DNA of 64,000 bases from a virus: IMG/VR virus record IMGVR_UViG_3300042341_001047. One strand, 5' to 3'. The translations under genes were made by a program, and so were the position numbers. The notes under the pieces were generated by a model. It saw nothing but the letters and a program-made list of their open reading frames with translations, had not been told where the DNA came from and made no database searches. This document shows, piece after piece, positions 1-9,958 of the stretch. The stretch's first letter is position 1; each line of letters begins with the position of its first letter.

Positions 1-240
1 AGTAGATATACTATACGGAGAACCTATTATTTGTGGTATATACCAATTTCTAAATTGATACTCTTCTATAATATCATAAATATTACTTAAATCATTAACT
101 GGTAGATATGTAGCACCACTTAAACACTTAGAGTAAAGTCTTGTAGAACTAAGTTCTTGTTTTAGATAATTAAAGTCACTCTTTGTTAACTTATCATCTG
201 TTGATGACCACTTATTAAAATCACTATTGTATTTCCACAT
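1..240 (-). CDS. Hypothetical protein, partial (runs off the left edge; MWKYNSDFNKWSSTDDK...)
   Basis: Manually translated open frame from ATG at 240, directly downstream of ORF 244..456. Confidence 0.6.
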   Translation of the reverse strand, partial: MWKYNSDFNKWSSTDDKLTKSDFNYLKQELSSTRLYSKCLSGATYLPVNDLSNIYDIIEEYQFRNWYIPQIIGSPYSIST

Positions 241-243
241 ATT

Positions 244-456
244 TTATTTTTTAACTTTTAATTCCCATAGAACGGTTTTACTATCCATTACTATGTTACT
301 TTTTGATATTTTAACCTTGGACTTTTTAAGCACACTCTTTATCATTGAAACAAACTCAGTATATTGATATATGTCTGTTATATAATCAGATATATCAATA
401 ATAAAAGATTCTTGTTCCGAAAATATCAAACTATAGATTAAATCATCTTTTTTCAC
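244..456 (-). CDS. Hypothetical protein
   Basis: ORF track; TAATATATA-like motif just upstream on minus strand. Confidence 0.6.
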   Translation of the reverse strand: MKKDDLIYSLIFSEQESFIIDISDYITDIYQYTEFVSMIKSVLKKSKVKISKSNIVMDSKTVLWELKVKK

Positions 457-543
457 TTTAACTCAGTCTTTGACTTATATATTAAAAGTATGCATCTCTA
501 ATGAGGGAGAAAATGGAATATCAATATATAAAATAAAGAAATA

Positions 544-1302
544 ATGTATATGAGTAAAAAGGGCGACGCTAACAATCAAATACAAGAAGGAATTCAGGAA
601 TTTGAATACAGAAAAAACATCAGAAAAAAGAATTCTCTGACTAAAGAAGAATTTCAAAAGTCTAATGTACATTTAAGTGATAAACAACAAAGCTTATATA
701 AAGGAATAAGAAACAGCACATTAACTGTTGTTCACGGACCAGCAGGAACCTCAAAAACATATACAACCTGTTACGCAGCTTTAGCACTATTAGCTGATAA
801 GAAAATCGAAAAGATTATTATAACAAAACCTATACAAGAATCTGGTGAGAATTTAGGTTTTTTACCTGGAAGTATGGAAGATAAACTACTTCCATATAAA
901 CAATCTTACTATACAACATTTTGTAAAATCATTGGTAAAGTATCAACTGATATGTTATTTGCTACAGAAGAGATTGTATTCGAACCATTAGCTTATATGA
1001 GAGGTTCTACTTATGATAATTGTATAATGTTATTAGATGAGTGTCAAAATGCTTCAATCAAACAATTAATGCTTTGGGTTACTCGTTTGGGTAAAGATTC
1101 AAGAGCCGTAATGATGGGAGATACATCACAATATGATGTTAGGAAAAAAGACTCAGGCTATAATGACTTCATTAAGATGGTAGATGGTATGGATGAACTT
1201 TGTATGTTTGAATTTAATAACTCTGATATTGTTAGAAATAAATTCTTAATACAAATTGCTAATAGATACGATAAATATCGTTCAGAACAAAAAGAGTTTT
1301 AA
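544..1302 (+). CDS. phoH: PhoH-like ATPase
   Basis: GPAGTSKT Walker A, GENLGFLPG, PLAYMRG, LLDECQN, TRLG, GDTSQYD, DIVRN motifs. Confidence 0.95.
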   Translation: MYMSKKGDANNQIQEGIQEFEYRKNIRKKNSLTKEEFQKSNVHLSDKQQSLYKGIRNSTLTVVHGPAGTSKTYTTCYAALALLADKKIEKIIITKPIQESGENLGFLPGSMEDKLLPYKQSYYTTFCKIIGKVSTDMLFATEEIVFEPLAYMRGSTYDNCIMLLDECQNASIKQLMLWVTRLGKDSRAVMMGDTSQYDVRKKDSGYNDFIKMVDGMDELCMFEFNNSDIVRNKFLIQIANRYDKYRSEQKEF

Positions 1303-1303
1303 T

Positions 1304-1334
1304 AAAAAACCCACTAAGATTTAGTGGGTTTTTT
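1304..1334. terminator. Bidirectional intrinsic terminator (ACCCACT family)
   Basis: AAAAAACCCACTAA-gat-TTAGTGGGTTTTTT between convergent genes. Confidence 0.85.
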
Positions 1335-1338
1335 ATTA

Positions 1339-2292
1339 TTAATTATCAAATTCAAAATTTCCATCATCATCATAAAATTCTTCTTCAGGTTCAGGATCTC
1401 TTTCGGTCTGACCATTACTTTGTACTAAAATATAGTCAAAACTATATCTATCAGAGTTTGAAAATCTACCCGTATTTTCATTATAAAACTTAAAGGTATC
1501 TAAATAAGGATAGTATCTAAAATCATAATTCTCCAAGACAACATAAAGTGATTTTATACAAGGACTTCCATCCACATCAAAAATTAACTCAGATTTAGCA
1601 TTTTGTTCCCATTTTGATAAGTAACCATTTTCTTTTGCCCAATCTTTGAAAAATGCAACATCATGATCGTAGATATAATATATTCTATCCATTACTTTGT
1701 ATTCTTTTTCTATTTCTTTATGCTCTTTAACACCTTCCCAAAGAAGTGCTCTAGCTCTCACTTTTCCATCATCTTCTAAATAAACTAACATTTTAATATT
1801 AGGATTTTTAGAATAAATCTCCATGAACTTATTTCTTTCTCTTTGTCTCATACAAGAGTTCCATAAAGTTCCAATTTTCATACCATTTGACAAATGGTAA
1901 TTATCTTCTAAATAATACTTTAGAATATCTTCACCAGAAACTATCTTTAGTTTAGATTTATCTCTTGAGAAGAAAGATTTATAAAGATTTACAAATCTTT
2001 CAATTGCGTTATCATTTATATTAAAATTAGATATTGAGAACTCAGTTAGGAATTTTCTTATAAATCTACCAATTTTAATTTTTGTTCGACCTGAACTCCA
2101 AACATCTTCTACTTTTTCATATTTAGAACGAGGTAGAAAAGATATAACATCTATTTCAGACTCTTCTACTTTTATATAATTACCCTCATCGGTTAAGTGC
2201 GAACCATCACCATTTAGTAGTATTTGAGAAATGATATCTCTTGATGCGAAGTGTAAGAATTCAACAAAATTTTTATCGAAAATAAGTCTCAT
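1339..2292 (-). CDS. Conserved phage hypothetical protein (NSCM / RARALLW / MDRIY / PYLDTF motifs)
   Basis: 317 aa ORF with motif pattern I associate with jumbo phage proteins; function unknown. Confidence 0.6.
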   Translation of the reverse strand: MRLIFDKNFVEFLHFASRDIISQILLNGDGSHLTDEGNYIKVEESEIDVISFLPRSKYEKVEDVWSSGRTKIKIGRFIRKFLTEFSISNFNINDNAIERFVNLYKSFFSRDKSKLKIVSGEDILKYYLEDNYHLSNGMKIGTLWNSCMRQRERNKFMEIYSKNPNIKMLVYLEDDGKVRARALLWEGVKEHKEIEKEYKVMDRIYYIYDHDVAFFKDWAKENGYLSKWEQNAKSELIFDVDGSPCIKSLYVVLENYDFRYYPYLDTFKFYNENTGRFSNSDRYSFDYILVQSNGQTERDPEPEEEFYDDDGNFEFDN

Positions 2293-2298
2293 AGATTT

Positions 2299-2307
2299 TA
2301 ATATATA
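2299..2307 (+). promoter_or_regulatory. Putative phage late promoter TAATATATA (representative copy; also at 6466, 16806, 18071, 23209, 29422, 29866, 31894, 40054, 50368, 60537 and many minus-strand sites)
   Basis: Recurs a few to tens of nt upstream of start codons; resembles T4 late promoter TATAAATA. Confidence 0.65.
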
Positions 2308-2311
2308 GTAT

Positions 2312-2524
2312 ATGAAATTTTTATTAGAGTTTAAGTCTTTTTATAATGTAGATGATATTGTTCTCATTGAATACTGGTATGGTGATATGGTTACTCCTGT
2401 TAAAATTGTTGAGAAACTATCGAGAGTTTCTTATAAAGTTAGCCATAATGTTCCAAATTCTAAAATATTTAATGCTCCCGATGAAATCATCAAATCATCG
2501 GATATAATTGATATTAGTCGATAA
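2312..2524 (+). CDS. Small hypothetical protein with CTS-like N-terminus
   Basis: MKFLLEFKSF start directly behind TAATATATA. Confidence 0.6.
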   Translation: MKFLLEFKSFYNVDDIVLIEYWYGDMVTPVKIVEKLSRVSYKVSHNVPNSKIFNAPDEIIKSSDIIDISR

Positions 2525-3713
2525 CGTTACCTAATAAGTAGTCATAAAATGTTTTATCATTTACACTATTCATATCAAGATATTGGTCTTTAACAACATC
2601 TAATTCTGATTTTGATAGATTTTTATCTAAAATTTTATCAATAATAGAATCATAGTAATCTTCTTTCTTATCAACAGATTTAGGTGTAATATCAATTAAA
2701 CCCGAGCCATTGTCAAAGTATTTCTTACCACTACGTCTTGTCTTTTTGAAAGAAGCATATTCTTTTTCACCTGGCCAATCTTCTTCAAGATCATCTTCTA
2801 AATCATCCTTAGGACCATCATACCAATCATCATGATATCCATAATCTCTACTTCTCCAGTTACTTCCTTTTCCTTTCCAACTACTTGAAGAACTTCCATA
2901 ACTTTTTTGTTTGTTTCTACCAAAAGAACCATAACAACCATAATCATAAGACTTATATTCTGTTTTAGAAGGATCTCTTCTAGTTGGTAAGTTTTCCCAG
3001 TCAATCAATAAACAAGCGTCAGCCAATTTGACCAAGTGTTTAATATCTTGAGACTCGTTAGTAGTGTGTTCTTTATAATAACCAACTGATATATTAGTAC
3101 ATTCTGGAATTAAATGTGTAAACTCAGCGGAGTCTGTATAAACACCACCATCATCTTTCTTATAAGACATACCACCTCTTTTATTAAGTTGTTTACTTAA
3201 TTCATCGGCGAACGCATCTGAACAACATCTTGAAGATGATTGGAAAGTAATAACAGAACCTGTATCTCGTCTATCAAAAGAAATTATTCTATCATATAAT
3301 CCTTTGAATTTATCGTATTTAGCAGCCAAACCCGAACCAATACAACCAACTTCCTCACCAATGAAAAAGTAGTAAAGACCTGGGATTTTATTTTTAATAA
3401 GATGTAGTAATATAGTGACACCTGCTTTATCATCAGCTCCTAAAATTGTTTTACCATCTGTTTTAATCATATTTCCATCGAAAACATGAGTAACTGGAGT
3501 TGCTTCTTTGCAAGCCGTGTCAAGGTGTGATGCGAAAATGGTTCTTGATTTACCAATTTTATAGTAGTAGTTACCATGTGAATCTTTTTCTAAATCAGGA
3601 AATACTCCTTGACTTATCATACTCTCAACAAGAGTATCTTCAGTACCATAAGGATAGGTACGATTTGTTAGTCGTAAAAATGTTTCTAAAATATAATTTT
3701 CTTTTTTACTCAC
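2514..3713 (-). CDS. M20/M28 family zinc peptidase with low-complexity C-terminal tail
   Basis: SHLDT, LGADDKAG, GEEVG, SFDRR, YTDSAEF, NISVGY..EH metal-binding motifs. Confidence 0.85.
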   Translation of the reverse strand: MSKKENYILETFLRLTNRTYPYGTEDTLVESMISQGVFPDLEKDSHGNYYYKIGKSRTIFASHLDTACKEATPVTHVFDGNMIKTDGKTILGADDKAGVTILLHLIKNKIPGLYYFFIGEEVGCIGSGLAAKYDKFKGLYDRIISFDRRDTGSVITFQSSSRCCSDAFADELSKQLNKRGGMSYKKDDGGVYTDSAEFTHLIPECTNISVGYYKEHTTNESQDIKHLVKLADACLLIDWENLPTRRDPSKTEYKSYDYGCYGSFGRNKQKSYGSSSSSWKGKGSNWRSRDYGYHDDWYDGPKDDLEDDLEEDWPGEKEYASFKKTRRSGKKYFDNGSGLIDITPKSVDKKEDYYDSIIDKILDKNLSKSELDVVKDQYLDMNSVNDKTFYDYLLGNVID

Positions 3714-3739
3714 TTTATCAATTTTATTTATAATTATAA

Positions 3740-3770
3740 CAAATATACGAAAAAAATTAGAAAAAACAAT
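3740..3770 (-). promoter_or_regulatory. Bacteroidota-type primary sigma promoter (ATTG-N19-TATATTTG)
   Basis: Matches the -7 TAnnTTTG box with a near -33 TTTG box, upstream of the peptidase. Confidence 0.6.
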
Positions 3771-3788
3771 ACTTTTAATATATAATTT

Positions 3789-4340
3789 ATGAATTTTAAA
3801 GTAGATAATTCAATTTTATGGGATAATGTGTTCTTTATCGAAACCGATAGTGGTGTAAAGTATGTTGCTAAATTAGAAGAAACATCACCGGGATCAGGGG
3901 TATGGACACTTTTCTTCCTTTTAGTAAATGGTATACCAAATTCTAGAGAAATATTTGGAACAATGAATACTCTAACTGAGAATCTTATAAATGTACTAAA
4001 TCAAAAAGGTATAGATTCTCTATTAGTTTGGATTGCTGGAAAAGATAGAAAAGAAATAGACCAAAAAACTAAAGTATTTTTAAGATGGGTAGAGTATCCA
4101 TTTGAATATACATTAGATGAAAATCCAGAAATTAGAATACAGGGTAAGAATGAAACCATATATCCGAATACAAATTTTATACACATAAAAAGAATTGTTA
4201 AACAAGAAGTTAAGGAAGTTAAAAAAGATGTACAAGTTCCAATTTCAAACATTAAAGTAAAATTCTGTTTTAATTGTGGAATGGAAAATAAAGATTATAA
4301 ATTTTGTCCTGGTTGTGGAACAAATTTAAAACAAACATAA
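3789..4340 (+). CDS. Hypothetical protein with C-terminal zinc ribbon
   Basis: FCFNCG...FCPGCG. Confidence 0.75.
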   Translation: MNFKVDNSILWDNVFFIETDSGVKYVAKLEETSPGSGVWTLFFLLVNGIPNSREIFGTMNTLTENLINVLNQKGIDSLLVWIAGKDRKEIDQKTKVFLRWVEYPFEYTLDENPEIRIQGKNETIYPNTNFIHIKRIVKQEVKEVKKDVQVPISNIKVKFCFNCGMENKDYKFCPGCGTNLKQT

Positions 4341-4455
4341 AGTTTTTCAATATATAACATTAGCTGTTCGCTACACTTATGTCGGGTATCATTAGGATAC
4401 CTTTGAGATTTAGAAATGAATCAAAGATATAGGATAAAATAAAAAAAGAATAACT

Positions 4456-5469
4456 ATGGCAAAATCAATTGCACAAACTAGCACTAAACCAAGTGCTTGG
4501 ATCGTAACTCCTAACGACAAAGGGAGAAAATCAATTAAAAGTGGTAAAATCTTCTTAGAAGATAAAGAAGAATTTGAAATAGAATTATTTAACCCACTAA
4601 CCGTTTCAGTTCTCGCTGATATTAAATTAAACGGTCAATCAATATCAAAAACAGGATTAGTTTTAAAACCAGGACAAAGAGTTTATCTCGATTGTTTTAT
4701 TGACGACAAAAAGAAATTCATATTTTCTACATATGAAATCGATGGTGGTTTAGAATCATTAAACGCTACTCAAAACAATGGTCTTTTAGAAGTTTTTTTC
4801 TATAAAGAAGATGTTATCACTTTAGATAACTGGAGATCTCGTTTTGATAGAGTAATCGTTGAAAAGTGGTATCCTGCTTACTACCCATCACATAACTATC
4901 CTTGGAACAACATCTATTGTGGTGGTTCTTTCGGAACTGGTGGGTATGGAACTACTCTAACCAATGGTATTATTGGAAGCACTACAACTACTAATGTTGA
5001 TTTATCTAATATAAGTAGTAATATCAATTCATCATATACATCTGACTCTAATGTTTCATATGGTGGAACTACGGTTAATAATTTATTTTCATTAAATAAT
5101 ATAGAAACTGGTAGAGTTGAAAAAGGTGAAGTTTCAAAACAAAAATTCACTGAAGTAGAAATGGACTTTGAAAAGAATTATATCTCTTCAACTATTATTC
5201 AGATATTACCAGAAAGTAGAAAACCAGCAGAGATTAAAAATGTTAAAATTAATATTGAACTTCCTAAAGGTGATTGGTCTAAAGAACAGATAGAAGAAGC
5301 CAAAGAAGTAGTTCAAAATTTCTTGTGGAAAGAAGATACCCAAGAAACACAAAAAGAAATGTATAAAAACATAGAACTAATTAAAAAATTAGCCGACTTA
5401 CATTCAGCAGGTATCTTAACAGATGAAGAATTCTCAACAAAAAAAACAGAATTACTAAGTAAAATCTAA
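4456..5469 (+). CDS. Conserved phage protein with C-terminal SHOCT-like helix
   Basis: Ends LKKLADLHSAGILTDEEFSTKKTELL-like (SHOCT pattern); structured 5' UTR. Confidence 0.7.
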   Translation: MAKSIAQTSTKPSAWIVTPNDKGRKSIKSGKIFLEDKEEFEIELFNPLTVSVLADIKLNGQSISKTGLVLKPGQRVYLDCFIDDKKKFIFSTYEIDGGLESLNATQNNGLLEVFFYKEDVITLDNWRSRFDRVIVEKWYPAYYPSHNYPWNNIYCGGSFGTGGYGTTLTNGIIGSTTTTNVDLSNISSNINSSYTSDSNVSYGGTTVNNLFSLNNIETGRVEKGEVSKQKFTEVEMDFEKNYISSTIIQILPESRKPAEIKNVKINIELPKGDWSKEQIEEAKEVVQNFLWKEDTQETQKEMYKNIELIKKLADLHSAGILTDEEFSTKKTELLSKI

Positions 5470-5493
5470 AAATAAATAAGTGAACAGCTTAAG

Positions 5494-5521
5494 AAGAGAG
5501 TCATTTTGACTCTCTTTTTTT
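5494..5521. terminator. Intrinsic terminator
   Basis: AAGAGAGTCA-tt-TTGACTCTCTTTTTT hairpin plus T-run. Confidence 0.8.
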
Positions 5522-5523
5522 AA

Positions 5524-6447
5524 TTAAATTGTAGTAGGAGTATCAACTGCTCTACCAGTTGATTTATCTCTTGTATTTATTACCATTGTTGATTTATCTA
5601 TCCAAGACTTAGTAGTAATATAAAATTCGTCTTCTAATTTCCCACTAACTCCTAATAAATCTAATATCTTATCTGGATTTTCATGACCAGCTGCAATCAA
5701 CATAGTTCTAACATTTTCAGCAGTATACATCTTATTATCTAAATCAGGTTTGTCAGTTGCTTGCCACCAATTACAATATTGATAAATCGAAGTTCCTTCA
5801 TCATTTATGTTTATATGTTCTCCTTTATTTTTTGACAAATTTCTACTTTCAATGTTCTTTAACAACCAATCAAATGGTGTGAATAAAATCCACTCAGTAA
5901 TTTGACCCTTAAAATAAGATTTTATACCTATACTTATATCATCAAATATAATTGTTTTACAATTATCGGGTAATAAATCAGCACACCAAGCCATTCCAGT
6001 AATTCTACCATCTGGACTATTACGAGGTATATTATTTTGTATATTTTGAGATATTGTTAATGGATATTTTTTACAAATTTCTTCAAATGCCTCGACTTCT
6101 TCGACAGGTGCTGTTTTTTTCCAATCCATATACTCTTTTTTATAAAAGACTTTTGTTCCATCAGACTGACCAAATGTCCAAGGCCAATCTGATATAGTAT
6201 CAGCAAGTGTATTCATACCTCTTTCTCTTAATAGTTTTTGGAAGTCTTCAAAGTATTTACCTCCACCAAAATTATCTGTACCAACTAAAACTACAGGAGA
6301 TAGATTTTCATACCAATCAGTTGCTCCTAATTTTTTTGCCAAAGTTGATTTCCCAGACGCACTTGGACCAGAAAATAAAATAAGTTTTTTTCCACTAATT
6401 GATTCTTTTATCAATCTAAATTTTTCGTATAGTTTTAAGTATCTCAT
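5524..6447 (-). CDS. P-loop kinase (AAA_33/nucleotide kinase-like) with CTS-like N-terminus
   Basis: GPSASGKST Walker A, IIFDD Walker B; MRYLKLYEKFRLIKES start. Confidence 0.7.
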   Translation of the reverse strand: MRYLKLYEKFRLIKESISGKKLILFSGPSASGKSTLAKKLGATDWYENLSPVVLVGTDNFGGGKYFEDFQKLLRERGMNTLADTISDWPWTFGQSDGTKVFYKKEYMDWKKTAPVEEVEAFEEICKKYPLTISQNIQNNIPRNSPDGRITGMAWCADLLPDNCKTIIFDDISIGIKSYFKGQITEWILFTPFDWLLKNIESRNLSKNKGEHININDEGTSIYQYCNWWQATDKPDLDNKMYTAENVRTMLIAAGHENPDKILDLLGVSGKLEDEFYITTKSWIDKSTMVINTRDKSTGRAVDTPTTI

Positions 6448-6481
6448 AAATTGTAATGAAATTTTTAATATATATTAAGAA

Positions 6482-7837
6482 ATGAAACTTAAAAGATATA
6501 TTCAATTTATTAAAGAGTCTATTAAAGAAGATATAGAAGAAGGAACTCTTTGGAAGTTAACCGAAGATGATATCACCGATTATATGTTAGAAATAACAGA
6601 TGCTGGATATTATGTTTCAGTTGAATTTGGTTTTTGCGAAACTATACAAGAAACAAATTGGTCTACTAAAGAGGTAAAAGATAAAGATATTTTTACTGAG
6701 AAAGTAAAATCAGGAGATAAAGTTAGACCGGCTTATTGGATTAAAATAGATAAAAGTGGTAGAGTTAAAAATGATGATGTTACTTCTACATTTCAATTTG
6801 CTTGTGGTATTATAGGTGAAGAAGCCAATACTGAAATATCAATAAATGATGCTGATGGTAACCTTGGAGATATAGACGGAATAGAAATTAAAGGTGGTTT
6901 ATTCTACACAGATAATTGGAATTCAAATGAACCAGAGTTATTAGAGGCTGAAGATTATATTGCTATTTTTGCTAAATCAAAAGAAACCATTACATTCACA
7001 CAAGAAAATTTAGTAGAGTATTATAACTGGTCAGATGCTATTGTAAAAGATGGTAGAATTTATATTGAAATAGATACAGAAGATTTATCTGATATTATGT
7101 TATCTAGAAGTTCTAGTTATAAAGACATCTTAGTAAAAGGTGAGGAAGATATGTATGATAATTACTATGGTTCTGATTATCAACCAGATATTACATCAAT
7201 GTTTCAATATTCTTTAGATAAAGAGAATGAAGTTTTATTAGTAAAAGCTATGATTAAAGAAATGGGTGGTTTAGAAGACACTATTAATCATATTGGTGAT
7301 GAATGTTCAGATGAAACATACGAAAGTGTTAAAGGTAAGTCAGAAGAAGAAGTCATTCAATTCCTATTAAAAGAAAGATTCTACGAAACATTAAAACAAT
7401 TATGTAAAAATTCTGAAATCTGTCAAGATATTAGACAAACTATTGGAGATTGGGAAATGAACGCTCACGTTGACACAAACTATAAAGAAATTCTTCATGA
7501 ATTTGATGAAGTTGTTGAAAGTGAATTCACATTTACAAAAGAAGATAAAGAAATTACTAGGTATTATAAATCAAAAGATGCCGAAGGAAATGAAACCAAA
7601 AGAGAGTATAAAGAAATAGTGACCTATTATACCATTCCTTATAGTAATGATTGGATAGATAATGAAGATGCCGAAAGACTAAAAGGTAATAGTTTATTTG
7701 ACATATTCAAAGAATGGTGTGGGGAACAATACTTTACATATGAATTGAAACCTTATTTTTCCGACCATGGTGATGTTGATTCAAAAGCTCTTAATCAGGA
7801 TTTGAAATCAGATTTAGAAAGATATCTTAAAAAGTAA
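6482..7837 (+). CDS. Acidic hypothetical protein with CTS-like N-terminus (putative internal head protein)
   Basis: MKLKRYIQFIKES start, TAATATATA upstream. Confidence 0.6.
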   Translation: MKLKRYIQFIKESIKEDIEEGTLWKLTEDDITDYMLEITDAGYYVSVEFGFCETIQETNWSTKEVKDKDIFTEKVKSGDKVRPAYWIKIDKSGRVKNDDVTSTFQFACGIIGEEANTEISINDADGNLGDIDGIEIKGGLFYTDNWNSNEPELLEAEDYIAIFAKSKETITFTQENLVEYYNWSDAIVKDGRIYIEIDTEDLSDIMLSRSSSYKDILVKGEEDMYDNYYGSDYQPDITSMFQYSLDKENEVLLVKAMIKEMGGLEDTINHIGDECSDETYESVKGKSEEEVIQFLLKERFYETLKQLCKNSEICQDIRQTIGDWEMNAHVDTNYKEILHEFDEVVESEFTFTKEDKEITRYYKSKDAEGNETKREYKEIVTYYTIPYSNDWIDNEDAERLKGNSLFDIFKEWCGEQYFTYELKPYFSDHGDVDSKALNQDLKSDLERYLKK

Positions 7838-8404
7838 TTAAATATTCATATACTCTTTTAACTTCAATAACATATAATCTGTTACTAAGTCAGATGTATT
7901 TAATGAAGAAAGATATTTAATATCAACTTTAACAGCCTTACTCATTTCCTCTTCTTTAGAACCATCACCTTTAGCAACTACTTCATGATAGTCTCTCTCA
8001 TTTAATGGTAGAATATAAGGATAATATTTGTTGGCTGATGCTTTATTAATAAAAAGTGGTCTCAAAGCTTCTAATTGATAATCTTCTCTTAAAACTATAC
8101 CAGCTTCTTCTTCTAATTCTCTTAGAAGAGCTTTATCAGGAGTTTCACCTTGTTCAATTCCACCACAAACTAAAGTAACATGGTATTCTTGACCATCAAC
8201 ATATTTAAATGTTGGAATATATTCATATCTTAAAACTATCTGATTAGTTTCAATCAAATATGGAATACAAACTACCGCATCTCTTTCTTTAAGAATTGAC
8301 CAATCCTCAAATTGAACTATTTGGAAATGTTCATCTTTATAAAGTACTTTTTCTTTAGAGTCGTCAAACTCGTCTTTTGGTTTTAATTTTGAAAATTTCT
8401 CCAC
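7838..8404 (-). CDS. Nudix hydrolase (ADP-ribose pyrophosphatase-like)
   Basis: Nudix box GGIEQGETPDKALLRELEEEAG. Confidence 0.9.
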   Translation of the reverse strand: MEKFSKLKPKDEFDDSKEKVLYKDEHFQIVQFEDWSILKERDAVVCIPYLIETNQIVLRYEYIPTFKYVDGQEYHVTLVCGGIEQGETPDKALLRELEEEAGIVLREDYQLEALRPLFINKASANKYYPYILPLNERDYHEVVAKGDGSKEEEMSKAVKVDIKYLSSLNTSDLVTDYMLLKLKEYMNI

Positions 8405-8435
8405 GGTAATTTAATTGTTTTTCTTATATATTAAA

Positions 8436-9074
8436 TTAATATTTGTAGTTCTTAGTCGCCTTACGACATTTCAACTGACTTTTAACATTATTCAATTCAG
8501 ATGTTCCCATTTCAAGACGAGCACTCTTACGCTTCATAACTAAACCTTCAATCATATCGATTGGTGTTAGTTTATCAAATAAGTCTTTAAATCCATTTAA
8601 GTAAGATTTAACACGATAAACATTTGTTGTAATATTATAAAGGTAATCTTTTTCAGAATCGACTTGACCGTAAATATTATCCAATAACTGAACTCTTTCT
8701 TGAAAAGTCTTACCAACTAAATAGTCACCATCTAAAGCAAGAATGTCAAAAATAACAAACTTATGGTTGAATGGTTGTCTAGTTTCATCAGATTTGTTCT
8801 TATTCATATACTCACCATTAAGAACGGTCCATCCACCAGTACCTCGGTAGATGTCTTTTACTTCTTCATCACTTAAACGGAAGTTAGTTAGTCTTTGATT
8901 ATGACGATTCATAACTATTGATTTAACACCATTAGTGAAAATCAAACAATTAGAACCGTTAAGTTTTGGCTGAGCAATTAGGCTATCATCATCCCAGAAA
9001 TCTAGTTCACTATCAGGAATAGCATTCTTAGGTCTTGGTGGATAGATATATCGATATGTTATAAATTTAGACAT
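8436..9074 (-). CDS. ATP-dependent ligase/nucleotidyltransferase domain protein (no OB-fold)
   Basis: Motif I QPKLNG, LNGE, FVIFDIL, EGLVMK, LKCR; only 212 aa. Confidence 0.8.
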   Translation of the reverse strand: MSKFITYRYIYPPRPKNAIPDSELDFWDDDSLIAQPKLNGSNCLIFTNGVKSIVMNRHNQRLTNFRLSDEEVKDIYRGTGGWTVLNGEYMNKNKSDETRQPFNHKFVIFDILALDGDYLVGKTFQERVQLLDNIYGQVDSEKDYLYNITTNVYRVKSYLNGFKDLFDKLTPIDMIEGLVMKRKSARLEMGTSELNNVKSQLKCRKATKNYKY

Positions 9075-9078
9075 AACA

Positions 9079-9110
9079 CAAAGATAATAAAACTTATGAT
9101 AGTTGCCAAG
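9079..9110 (-). promoter_or_regulatory. Bacteroidota-type promoter (CTTG-N20-TATCTTTG), near-leaderless ligase mRNA
   Basis: TAnnTTTG ends 4 nt before the ATG. Confidence 0.55.
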
Positions 9111-9708
9111 ACATTTGACCGAAAATTTGAGTTAAATCTTCATTATGTTTACGGGATGTTGAACTATAAACTTTTGTATTAATAGCCATATTCAACTTAT
9201 AATCCATTATTTCTAAAGGATTGTGAACTTTAAGTTTTTTCCCATTGAAGTCAAATATTATAAAAGAAGCATTATTATCATTATGAAAGAAATCAACTTT
9301 ATATTCTTTGTATTTAGGGAATAATTGTAATTTCTCGATACTAATTAAAGGTTTCTTTTTATATTTAAAATCAACATATCCTAATCTATTAGGTGTTGAA
9401 AATTCATCATCATATCCGTCTTTAGAATACTTAGAATATCGATTTTTATCATCAATAAGAATATCAATATCATTTGTATCTCTGTATATGAGACCAAGAA
9501 TATTTAGAGCTAATGAACCACTGATGATATCATTGGGAAATTCATCTGAAATAAAGTAAAGTAAATCTTTGTATTTCTCTTTCAAAGTAGGTTTGAAATC
9601 AATCTCACCATTGAGAACTTTCAGTTTATAATCTCTGAACTCTGTTTGTAACTCAGTAGGAGTTAAATAGTTGGTATGTACCGTACCTAAACGATATGAA
9701 TTTGCCAT
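9094..9708 (-). CDS. Pol-beta superfamily nucleotidyltransferase-like protein
   Basis: ISGSLAL...DIDI motif and downstream VDFF. Confidence 0.6.
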   Translation of the reverse strand: MANSYRLGTVHTNYLTPTELQTEFRDYKLKVLNGEIDFKPTLKEKYKDLLYFISDEFPNDIISGSLALNILGLIYRDTNDIDILIDDKNRYSKYSKDGYDDEFSTPNRLGYVDFKYKKKPLISIEKLQLFPKYKEYKVDFFHNDNNASFIIFDFNGKKLKVHNPLEIMDYKLNMAINTKVYSSTSRKHNEDLTQIFGQMSWQLS

Positions 9709-9722
9709 TAAAATAAAATTAG

Positions 9723-9793
9723 AGGTCGGGGGTAGTAACTAACTACCGTATCATCATTTGCAATGATGTACCTAAGATCTCGGTCACCCGACC
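9723..9793 (-). tRNA. tRNA-Cys(GCA), atypical D- and T-loops, no encoded CCA
   Basis: GGTCGGG/CCCGACC acceptor stem, ACC/GGT D-stem, CATCA-TTGCAAA-TGATG anticodon arm, GGTAG-TTAGTTA-CTACC T-arm, U73 discriminator. Confidence 0.85.
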
Positions 9794-9801
9794 ATATAGT
9801 A

Positions 9802-9942
9802 TTAAGAGTTTATTTCCTCTTGTAGTTCCGACATCAATAATTGATATTGGTAATCTTGTGCCATTGAAATTAAATCAGAAAGTGAATTCACATCCATTTC
9901 TGGGTTTTCTAAATAATCATTAATAACTTGTGTAGCGTCCAT
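9802..9942 (-). CDS. Small acidic hypothetical protein (MDATQVIND...)
   Basis: Start re-assigned to 9942, downstream of the promoter at 9959-9989. Confidence 0.55.
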   Translation of the reverse strand: MDATQVINDYLENPEMDVNSLSDLISMAQDYQYQLLMSELQEEINS

Positions 9943-9958
9943 ATCTTTTATATTTATA

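Noticed and set aside
4362-5489. Retron or self-splicing intron explanation for the flanking inverted repeat
   Set aside because: The enclosed ORF has no reverse transcriptase or endonuclease motifs, and no group I/II core is visible
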